DNA of 34,190 nucleotides from Deltaproteobacteria bacterium (GTDB lineage Bacteria; JAEEML01): NCBI GenBank assembly GCA_016283195.1, contig JAEEML010000029.1, positions 1 to 34,190 of the forward strand, read 5' to 3'. Shown piece by piece: positions 27,242 to 34,190 of this stretch (position 1 is its first letter; each line of letters starts with the position of its first letter). The notes under the pieces were generated by a model. It saw only the letters and a program-made list of their open reading frames with translations, ran no database searches and was not told where the DNA came from. The position numbers and the translations under genes were made by a program.

Positions 27242-30200
27242 TTAGACATTCCGCCGGCCAGATAGCTGGCTAAATCTCCCAAAGTAGGCAGCTCATTGAG
27301 CTTTTCGGCACCCAGCTCCGGGCCGTCAGGCAAGCGCTCAGCCAAAGCGGAGAGAATTTCTACTCTTTTAATGGAATCAATGCCTAAATCACTATCAAGT
27401 CCCATGGAAAGGTCAAGCATACTGGTAGGATAACCGGTTTTTTCACTCACTACGGCAATAACTGTCTTGGTGACTTTATCATCATCAGCGGCAGTGGGAG
27501 CCGGAGCCATAGTAGAAGCAGGCTTTTCGGCAGATGTGCCACCGGAAAGATAAGAAGCCACATCACCTAAGGTTGGGAGTTCATTGAGTTTTTCGGCACC
27601 CAGCTCCGGGCTGTCCGGCAAACGCTCGGCTAAAGCAGAGAGAATTTCCACCCGCTTAATAGAATCAATACCTAAATCACTGTCGAGCCCCATAGAGGCA
27701 TCCAGCATACTGGTGGGATAGCCGGTTTTTTCACTGATAACATCCATCACCACCTGCATAACCCCTTGAGAAGCCTCCGGGGCAGCCCTATTAGCCGGCT
27801 CAGCGGCAACAGGAGCAGTTTTAGGTGTGGCAACGACATTGGTGAGAGGAGCCGGTGCCGGTGCCGGAGTAGGAACAGTTATCGGCGTATTCACCCGCTC
27901 CACTGCCGGCTTAGCTTGCGGGGCAGCAGCAGCCGGAGCCATGGGTTGGTAGCTCATATTCACATTTGGTGTAGCAACAGGCTGGGCCACAGGAACAGGA
28001 GCCGGCGCAGTAGCAAAAGGCAAAGCGGCTATAGGTTCCGGCATAACATATTGCGGCACCGGCGGTAAAGCCATTTGCGGCTGAGTAAGCGGCGCCAGCG
28101 GCATACCGAGAAGAATATTTTGCTGACGCTCCACTAGCTGCTGATAGCGGGCTATCGTTTGCGCCTGGCTGGCCAAAAACTGCTGATGCAGAGCGGCTGT
28201 TTGCGTTTGGATGGTAAGAAGAGCTTTAAGGCTCTCATTGGCCGCCATTATGTACTGTTCATTAAGTTGCTGATAATTAACCATATTTTGTTCGCTTTGT
28301 GTTTTGTTATTCACAATTTCTACTTCCTTAAATTCCTGCGGCTCGGCAAAATGCTCTTTAACCTCAGGTTTTAATTCCTCCGCCTTCTTAACCACCTGGC
28401 GCGGTGGCCGAGGCGTATGCGGTGAGCGATAATTGGCCCCAGAAAGCGGAATAGTCAAGTGATTCTTTCCTTTTTGTTCGTCTTTCTTAGTATAAGCGGA
28501 GCTATTTTGCCACTTATAGAGATTAAGCGGCACCCCAAGAGCGCTAAGTTCGGCCAGAAGAGCAGCCAAATCCAGAAGGCCGTTATCTTTGCCACGGGAA
28601 TTGTCAAGGGCGATAATATGCACATTTTTATCGGTAATAATGCGCTTAATGAGGCCGCTAAGTTGCCTATTGGGGCCGATTTCCACAAAAATGCGACACC
28701 CTTTGGCATAAACATTTTGCACCTCTTTGACAAACTCAACCGGCGAAGTTAATTGAGAAACCAGGCGTTTTTTGGCATCTTCCGCCGTACCGCTATAGGG
28801 CTCGCCATCAATATTGGCATAAACCGGGAAAGCCGGCGCGGCAAAATTCAGCGGCCTTAAAAAGTCGGCAAAAGGTTCTCTTGCTTCAGCCATATAGGGG
28901 CTATGAAAAGCGGCGGCCACTTGTAACTTTGTGGCCGAAACGCCCTGCTTTTGCAAAAGTTCATAAGCTTTTTCAATTTCCGCTTTATCGCCGGACAAGA
29001 CATTTTGCTTCGGGGCATTGCGGTTGGCAATAGTGAGATTGATTTTATTTTGTTTAATAAAATCAGCAAGTTCATCCAGTGACATGGTTACGGCCATCAT
29101 GCCGCCGCGATCTCTGCCATCACCGGCCATGAGCTCCCCGCGCTTGCGAGAAATTTTGGGCAAATCACTTTTAGCAATCACCCCGGCCGCCGCCAAAGCT
29201 GTTATCTCGCCATAGCTATGGCCAATAGCCGCCGCCGGTTTAAAGCCAAAACCAGCCAGAATATCAAAGGCGGCTAAAGATAAAGTGCCAATGGCCGGCT
29301 GGGCCACCTTGGTGGCAGTAAGTGCCGCTTTTTGTGCTTCTATTTGCCCTGGATCATAAGCAATTTTCGGATATATGGCATCAGCTATGGTCGCTTCCGG
29401 CAAAGCGGCGGCGCAAATATCCAGCATCTCGTGCATCTCTGGGAACTGGCAAGCCAAATCTCTAAGCATTCCCGGATATTGCGCTCCCTGCCCCGGAAAG
29501 GCTGCCGCTACCTCGCCTATCTGCGGTCCGCTGCCAAAATACCAGCCTTTATATGACCAGCTTGGCTCGTTGGGCCGCTTTTTAAGCTCGGCGGCGGCCA
29601 CATCGGCTAGGGCCGAGAGCGGTTTTTCGGCCGGCAAATCAGCCCATTTGGCCGCCAAAATAAGGCGCATATCAGCTTTTGCGGAATAATCAGATGCCCA
29701 TTTATCGGCCAGTTCACGCACAGCTACAGCATCAGGTAACTCGCGCAAAATATTTAGTTTTTCCAGAAGTTCATGCTGAGTTCTCCCGGAAATTGGCAAG
29801 AGCAAAACAGTGCCATCCCAATTAACCTTAGGGGCGGCTTTTTCGTATTCTTCCACTACGCAATGGTAATTGGCTCCGCCAAAGCCGAAAGCACTCACCG
29901 CCCCGCGTCGCGGATGGTTCGAGCTGCGCACCCACGGCCGCTTTACCGTATTTAAATAAAACGGCGAATTACTGTCAGCTAAAATAGCACTGGGCTTTTC
30001 TATATTTATAGTGGGCGGTAAAACCTTTTCCTGAAGAGCTTTAACCATCTTGATAAAGCTGGCCATGCCGGCTGCCGCCTTGGTGTGGCCAATCATGGAT
30101 TTTACGCTGCCCAGAGCGGCATTATGCGCCGGCACTTGGTCATAAACTTTCAATAAACCCTTTATCTCAGCGGCATCACCGGCTTTGGTTCCTGTGCCGT

Positions 30201-31230
30201 GAGCTTCAACCAAATCAATGCTTTCCGGCGCAAAACCGCTTACTTCATAGGCTCGCCTGAGAGCCCGCTCCTGCCCTTCAGAACTCGGCGCGTAAACAGC
30301 ATTGCCTTTAGGGTCGGAAGAAGTACCAATTCCTTTTAATACCGCGTAGATATGGTCTCCATCGCGTTCGGCATCTTCCAGGCGTTTTAAAAGCACCATG
30401 CCAATGCCTTCGCCTAAAAGAATACCATCGCTCTTATAATCAAAGGGACGTGTCTCGCCGCTCGGGGAAAGAGCCGGTGTCTTACTAAAACAGGTGTACA
30501 TAAAAATGTCGTTAAAAGTATCAACACCGCCGGCCAAAACCATAGAAGCCTGGCCGTTAATAAGCTCCATAGCAGCCAGATTCATAGCGGCAAAAGATGA
30601 AGCACAGGCGGCATCAACAGCACAGTTGGTGCCATGCAAATCAAAGCGATTGGCAATGCGCCCGGCAACCACATTACCCAAAAGACCAGGGAAAGAATTT
30701 TCCTGCCAAGAGACATAACTATCTGAAATTCTTGCCATTACATCTTTGGAAGTTTCTTCATCTACCCCGGCATCGGCCAAAGCTTTTTTCCAAATGGGGT
30801 GGCCAAGACGAGCTCCCAGGGGAATCACCAGTTCCAAAGTGCCGGTGACGCCCATAATAACGCTTACTTTTTCGTGGTCAAAGGGGCGTCCGCCGACGCC
30901 GTAACCACCGTCTTTAAGGGTTTCTTCGGCCACCACTAAAGCTAAAAGCTGTGAAGTATCAATGGCTTCTAAATCACGCGGCGCAATACCGTATTTTAGC
31001 GGCTCAAAGGGCACAGTATCCAAAAAACCGCCCCGCTTGCCATAGACTTTATCCGGGGCATGTGGGTCGGGATCGTAATAATCGGCAACTTTCCAATGTG
31101 TTGGCGGAATATCGGTAATAGCGCTCACGCCTTCACGGATATTTTTCCAATATTTTTCAAGATTTGCCGCTTTAGGAAACATACAGCCCATGCCAACAAC
31201 GGCAATAGGCGAGAAAGAAGATTTATTCAC
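27229..31230 (-). CDS. pfaA: PUFA synthase PfaA/Pfa2 N-terminal half: KS-MAT-linker-ACP-ACP
   Basis: KS motifs DAACAS/HGTGT/GHTK; MAT motifs GHSYG and AFHS; Pro/Ala-rich linker; two ACPs with LGIDSIKRVEIL; GTG start overlapping the pfaD stop (GTGA) with an AAGGAG RBS. Confidence 0.92.
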   Translation of the reverse strand: MNKSSFSPIAVVGMGCMFPKAANLEKYWKNIREGVSAITDIPPTHWKVADYYDPDPHAPDKVYGKRGGFLDTVPFEPLKYGIAPRDLEAIDTSQLLALVVAEETLKDGGYGVGGRPFDHEKVSVIMGVTGTLELVIPLGARLGHPIWKKALADAGVDEETSKDVMARISDSYVSWQENSFPGLLGNVVAGRIANRFDLHGTNCAVDAACASSFAAMNLAAMELINGQASMVLAGGVDTFNDIFMYTCFSKTPALSPSGETRPFDYKSDGILLGEGIGMVLLKRLEDAERDGDHIYAVLKGIGTSSDPKGNAVYAPSSEGQERALRRAYEVSGFAPESIDLVEAHGTGTKAGDAAEIKGLLKVYDQVPAHNAALGSVKSMIGHTKAAAGMASFIKMVKALQEKVLPPTINIEKPSAILADSNSPFYLNTVKRPWVRSSNHPRRGAVSAFGFGGANYHCVVEEYEKAAPKVNWDGTVLLLPISGRTQHELLEKLNILRELPDAVAVRELADKWASDYSAKADMRLILAAKWADLPAEKPLSALADVAAAELKKRPNEPSWSYKGWYFGSGPQIGEVAAAFPGQGAQYPGMLRDLACQFPEMHEMLDICAAALPEATIADAIYPKIAYDPGQIEAQKAALTATKVAQPAIGTLSLAAFDILAGFGFKPAAAIGHSYGEITALAAAGVIAKSDLPKISRKRGELMAGDGRDRGGMMAVTMSLDELADFIKQNKINLTIANRNAPKQNVLSGDKAEIEKAYELLQKQGVSATKLQVAAAFHSPYMAEAREPFADFLRPLNFAAPAFPVYANIDGEPYSGTAEDAKKRLVSQLTSPVEFVKEVQNVYAKGCRIFVEIGPNRQLSGLIKRIITDKNVHIIALDNSRGKDNGLLDLAALLAELSALGVPLNLYKWQNSSAYTKKDEQKGKNHLTIPLSGANYRSPHTPRPPRQVVKKAEELKPEVKEHFAEPQEFKEVEIVNNKTQSEQNMVNYQQLNEQYIMAANESLKALLTIQTQTAALHQQFLASQAQTIARYQQLVERQQNILLGMPLAPLTQPQMALPPVPQYVMPEPIAALPFATAPAPVPVAQPVATPNVNMSYQPMAPAAAAPQAKPAVERVNTPITVPTPAPAPAPLTNVVATPKTAPVAAEPANRAAPEASQGVMQVVMDVISEKTGYPTSMLDASMGLDSDLGIDSIKRVEILSALAERLPDSPELGAEKLNELPTLGDVASYLSGGTSAEKPASTMAPAPTAADDDKVTKTVIAVVSEKTGYPTSMLDLSMGLDSDLGIDSIKRVEILSALAERLPDGPELGAEKLNELPTLGDLASYLAGGMSKKKQ
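27250..27760 (-). repeat. Tandem duplicated ACP-coding units (288-nt period)
   Basis: Near-identical DNA blocks such as tcattgag..ttttcggcacccagctccggg at ~27293 and ~27581; protein SEKTGYPTSMLD.SMGLDSDLGIDSIKRVEILSALAERLPD twice. Confidence 0.9.
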
Positions 31231-32867
31231 CTAATCAACTCCTTAATTGCCACCAGACTCCGCGGAGCCGGCGATACCAAATCGCCGGTGAGAGAAGCGC
31301 AATAGGCCTTTATAAGAGCCTGGCGCCTAAGTAACGCTGCTCCATATAGAATATTTAGGGCAATAAGGTCAACATGGCGTGCATGGTAATCAGCCAAAAA
31401 AGTGCCGCGAGTCCATTCATTAAAGGCCCCGATGGCCGGCCCGCACCAAATTTGAAAATCGCCCTGCCGATCTTTTTCGCCCTTAATGGCCCAGCGCGAG
31501 CTAAAGCCTAAATACCAGCGGCAGATAAGCGCAAATTTATGCCGCCCGTTTTTGGCCGCTTTGGCCAGCTGATCCGGGTCGCGCTTTTGCCAATATTCGG
31601 CTGTTTCGCCCCAAATATCAGCAATTTTAGCCTTAAAGATATTCTTTTCCAAATAGGCTATTTCGCTCTCCGGCATATTTTCCAGCCCGTTATAAGCCTT
31701 GTAATCATCAAAGAGGCGCTGGGCTCGGCCGGGGAAAAAGGTGCCTCTTTTGAGCACTTGCAACTTTACGCCCATTTCAAACATATCGGCAGCCGGGGCC
31801 ATTGTGACATCTGGCTGCTCGGCCGTGGCCAAAAGTTCTTTGACCAAATCGGAAGTACCGGACTCCATCGCAGCCTGATTAACAGTACCGGTCACTAAAT
31901 AATCCGCGCCCATGGCAAAAGCGCCATAGGCCGCCGCCGGGGTGGCAATACCGCCGCCGCCGCCAATGTGCACCTCTACTTTGTAGCCATATTCGCTTAC
32001 CAATTTTTCTTTAAGGGCCAGAATAGTGGGCAAAAGGGTAATAAATGCTCCCTTATCGGTGTGCCCGCCGGAATCGGCTTCCACAGTAATTTGCCCGGCC
32101 ATAGGGATTTCCTGCGAAAGCTCGGCCTCAATTTGGCTTATTTTGCCTTCTGCTAAAAGCGCATTCACCAATTTGAGCGGCGGCGGCGCCAGAAATTTAC
32201 GCGCCAGTTCAATACGCGAAATTTTGGCCATCACCTTGTTGGGAGCCACCACCTGCCCTGCGCTGTCTCTTTTAAGCCCGTGCAAACGATAGCGCACAAT
32301 AGCTTTGGTGAGGTCCAGGTAGGCGGCGGCCTCCACCATGGTAACCCCGTGTTTTAAATAGAGATCTACTGTGGCTTCTTCCACTGCCGGTGAGTATGGA
32401 TTATGTAGTAAATTGCAGCCGAAGGGCTTTTCCCCGCACTGCTCTTTCAGCTCTAAAATGGCCTTTTCGATATTAGCAAGTGAAAGGCCGCCGGTTCCAA
32501 AAAAGCCCAGCATACCAGCCTTTGCCAAAGCAGCCACCATCTTAACCGAGGCAATACCATTGGCCATACCGCCGCCAACATAGGCATATTTTAGGCCATA
32601 TTCCCGGCAAAAAGAGGCGCTACCCAAAGCACCGGGAAGCGCAGGCGGCAAAATAGCCACCAGTGCCGCTGCTCCGCTATAAGCCTGTAAAGTCAGAGCT
32701 TTTTGGTCATAAGGAGCTACTTTTAGCCCCTCTTCATCAGCGGCAAGTAAAAGCGGCTCGGCCAAATGCTCCAGCATAGAAATACCGGCAGAATCATCTA
32801 ACTTAACCAATTTACAGGTAGATTTTACAAAAAACGGAGAATAAACAGCATTTGCCGGAGCAGTCAT
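31227..32867 (-). CDS. pfaD: PUFA synthase enoyl reductase PfaD/Pfa1 (FabK-like, FMN-dependent)
   Basis: GGMANGIAS, EADSGGHTD, MAPAADMFEMGVKLQVLKRGT and QIWCGPAIGAFN. Start moved from 32897 to ATG 32867 behind GAGGAGG. Confidence 0.93.
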   Translation of the reverse strand: MTAPANAVYSPFFVKSTCKLVKLDDSAGISMLEHLAEPLLLAADEEGLKVAPYDQKALTLQAYSGAAALVAILPPALPGALGSASFCREYGLKYAYVGGGMANGIASVKMVAALAKAGMLGFFGTGGLSLANIEKAILELKEQCGEKPFGCNLLHNPYSPAVEEATVDLYLKHGVTMVEAAAYLDLTKAIVRYRLHGLKRDSAGQVVAPNKVMAKISRIELARKFLAPPPLKLVNALLAEGKISQIEAELSQEIPMAGQITVEADSGGHTDKGAFITLLPTILALKEKLVSEYGYKVEVHIGGGGGIATPAAAYGAFAMGADYLVTGTVNQAAMESGTSDLVKELLATAEQPDVTMAPAADMFEMGVKLQVLKRGTFFPGRAQRLFDDYKAYNGLENMPESEIAYLEKNIFKAKIADIWGETAEYWQKRDPDQLAKAAKNGRHKFALICRWYLGFSSRWAIKGEKDRQGDFQIWCGPAIGAFNEWTRGTFLADYHARHVDLIALNILYGAALLRRQALIKAYCASLTGDLVSPAPRSLVAIKELIR

Positions 32868-32935
32868 TTTATCAGGCCTCCTCACAAGGCGCTTCATTTA
32901 TTATGAAATAAGGCGGGTGACAAGTTTTTATTTTC

Positions 32936-32963
32936 TTGCCAAACGAAGCCCTTGAGATATACT
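32936..32963 (+). promoter_or_regulatory. Putative sigma70 promoter of the AAA-ATPase gene
   Basis: TTGCCA (32936-32941), 16-nt spacer, TATACT (32958-32963); the -10 overlaps the repeat array. Confidence 0.45.
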
Positions 32964-33039
32964 CAGTGCACTGAGTAATTTTACTCATCATACTGAGTAA
33001 TTTTACTATATGCACTGAGTAATTTTTGCAATTGCAAAA
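32960..33039. repeat. Operator/iteron-like array: three 22-bp-period direct repeats plus palindromes
   Basis: ACTGAGTAATTTT at 32970, 32992 and 33014; perfect palindromes TACTCAGTGCACTGAGTA (32960-32977) and TTTTGCAATTGCAAAA (33024-33039). Confidence 0.85.
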
Positions 33040-33069
33040 TAATTATTTGAAACCAAAGGATTTTCAGCA

Positions 33070-34190
33070 ATGCAACAAATATTCAGCCGACCGGCATATA
33101 AAACCATTACCGAGCGTCTTCTTGAACCGCGACGTTTTATTCAAGTACTAACTGGCCCGCGCCAGGTAGGGAAAACTACCATTATACGCCAGGTGCTTAG
33201 CAACATAAAAATCCCGAGCAAAATGCTTAATGCCGATGCAGTGCTGCAAAATCAGGAAAATTGGGTTCACGACTCCTGGCAGCAAGTGCGCCTCATGATG
33301 CGGGTGCAGGGACTTTCCGAATTTTTGCTGGTATTTGACGAGATTCAAAAAATTAACCATTGGAGCGAATTTATCAAAAAAGAATGGGATGACGACACTT
33401 TTCAAGGCCTTAATATTAAAGTTGTTTTGCTCGGTTCTTCGCGGGTTCTCCTAGAAAAGGGTCTGGCCGAATCGATGATGGGCCGTTTTGAAGTATTGCG
33501 TCTGGGCCATTGGACTTACCCAGAAATGCGTGACGCTTTCGGCCTTTCTTTGGAACAATACATCTATTATGGCGGCTATCCCGGAGCAGTCTCTTTGCTC
33601 GGAGACGAACGGCGCTGGCGGGATTACATCACCGCTTCGATGGTTGAGGCAACAATCCAGCGCGATATTTTAATGCAAACTTCTATTAGCAAACCGGCGC
33701 TACTCCGGCAAACATTTGAGCTTGGCGCAGCCTATTCCGGAAAATTATTGTCACTGACTAAAATGATAGGCGCCTTACAGGATGCCGGTAACACCGTGAC
33801 ATTAGCCGGGTACTTGGATCTTTTAAAAGAAGCCTCTTTACTGGCCGGTCTGCAAAAATTCTCGCCCGATATGGCGCGTAAAAGGGCCAGTATTCCCAAA
33901 TATCAGGTTTTTAATAATGCCCTTCTCTGCATCTCGCAGGAAGACACTTTAACTGCAGCCATAAGCGACCGCCGACGTTGGGGGCAGATATTTGAATCGG
34001 CCATCGGGGCTCATATTGTAAACAGTGCTTTTGTAGCTCACTATGATGTATATTATTGGCGTGATGGTAATGATGAAGTTGATTTTATTATGAAAAAACA
34101 GCAAAAGCTGGTGGCTGTCGAAGTAAAAAGCAGTGATAAATCGGCAAGCGTTGGCCTCGCAAAATTTAAGGCGCGATTTCAGCATGAGGA
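33070..34190 (+). CDS. AAA+ ATPase (AAA_14) with DUF4143 / C-terminal PD-(D/E)xK-like domain; runs off the window (missing from the ORF track)
   Basis: Translated by hand from ATG 33070 after AAAGGA: MQQIFSRPAY...GPRQVGKTT (Walker A), LLVFDEIQK (Walker B), LGSS, YGGYP, and YYWRDGNDEVDF...AVEVKS; no stop seen before the edge. Confidence 0.88.
   Translation, partial: MQQIFSRPAYKTITERLLEPRRFIQVLTGPRQVGKTTIIRQVLSNIKIPSKMLNADAVLQNQENWVHDSWQQVRLMMRVQGLSEFLLVFDEIQKINHWSEFIKKEWDDDTFQGLNIKVVLLGSSRVLLEKGLAESMMGRFEVLRLGHWTYPEMRDAFGLSLEQYIYYGGYPGAVSLLGDERRWRDYITASMVEATIQRDILMQTSISKPALLRQTFELGAAYSGKLLSLTKMIGALQDAGNTVTLAGYLDLLKEASLLAGLQKFSPDMARKRASIPKYQVFNNALLCISQEDTLTAAISDRRRWGQIFESAIGAHIVNSAFVAHYDVYYWRDGNDEVDFIMKKQQKLVAVEVKSSDKSASVGLAKFKARFQHE

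Noticed and set aside
27770..28110. Pro/Ala-rich low-complexity stretch as a separate repeat element
   Set aside because: It is the usual flexible linker between MAT and the ACPs in PfaA-type proteins.
32960..33030. Direct repeats as a mini-CRISPR array
   Set aside because: The period is only 22 bp with ~6-9 nt between repeats, far too short for spacers, and no cas genes are in the window.
33148..34185. Short ORFs listed at the right end (85, 61 and 78 aa)
   Set aside because: They overlap the stop-less AAA-ATPase reading frame starting at 33070, which carries clear Walker motifs.

Overview
Bacterial chromosomal window of roughly mid-range GC by eye. The gene content (pfa1-pfa2-pfa3-type PUFA synthase order plus a type III secretion translocon module) points to a Myxococcota/deltaproteobacterial lineage; this is inference. 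From left to right: (1) housekeeping block of rsmA(ksgA), a lipoprotein, greA and uvrB (1-4063). (2) An unusual ~13 kb accessory island (4175-16932) that looks like a stand-alone, expanded T3SS translocon locus. One ~1000-aa protein is made of five concatenated SycD/LcrH-type chaperone domains. It is followed by one YopB/IpaB-like (SctE) gene, four tandem paralogous YopD/IpaC-like (SctB) genes, a fifth enlarged paralog with a large insert, and a translationally coupled DMATS-like prenyltransferase. Facing these are an EspA/Bsp22-like filament/tip gene and a methyltransferase-like gene. No export-apparatus genes are in the window. (3) A degP/htrA-family protease. (4) A PUFA-synthase cluster (18559-32867, minus strand) whose PfaA/Pfa2 gene is split exactly at an A9 run, where a -1 shift would restore one ~2121-aa protein. 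(5) A 22-bp-period repeat/palindrome array in front of an AAA_14/DUF4143-type ATPase that runs off the right edge. All family calls come from motif recognition by eye; no database searches were run.
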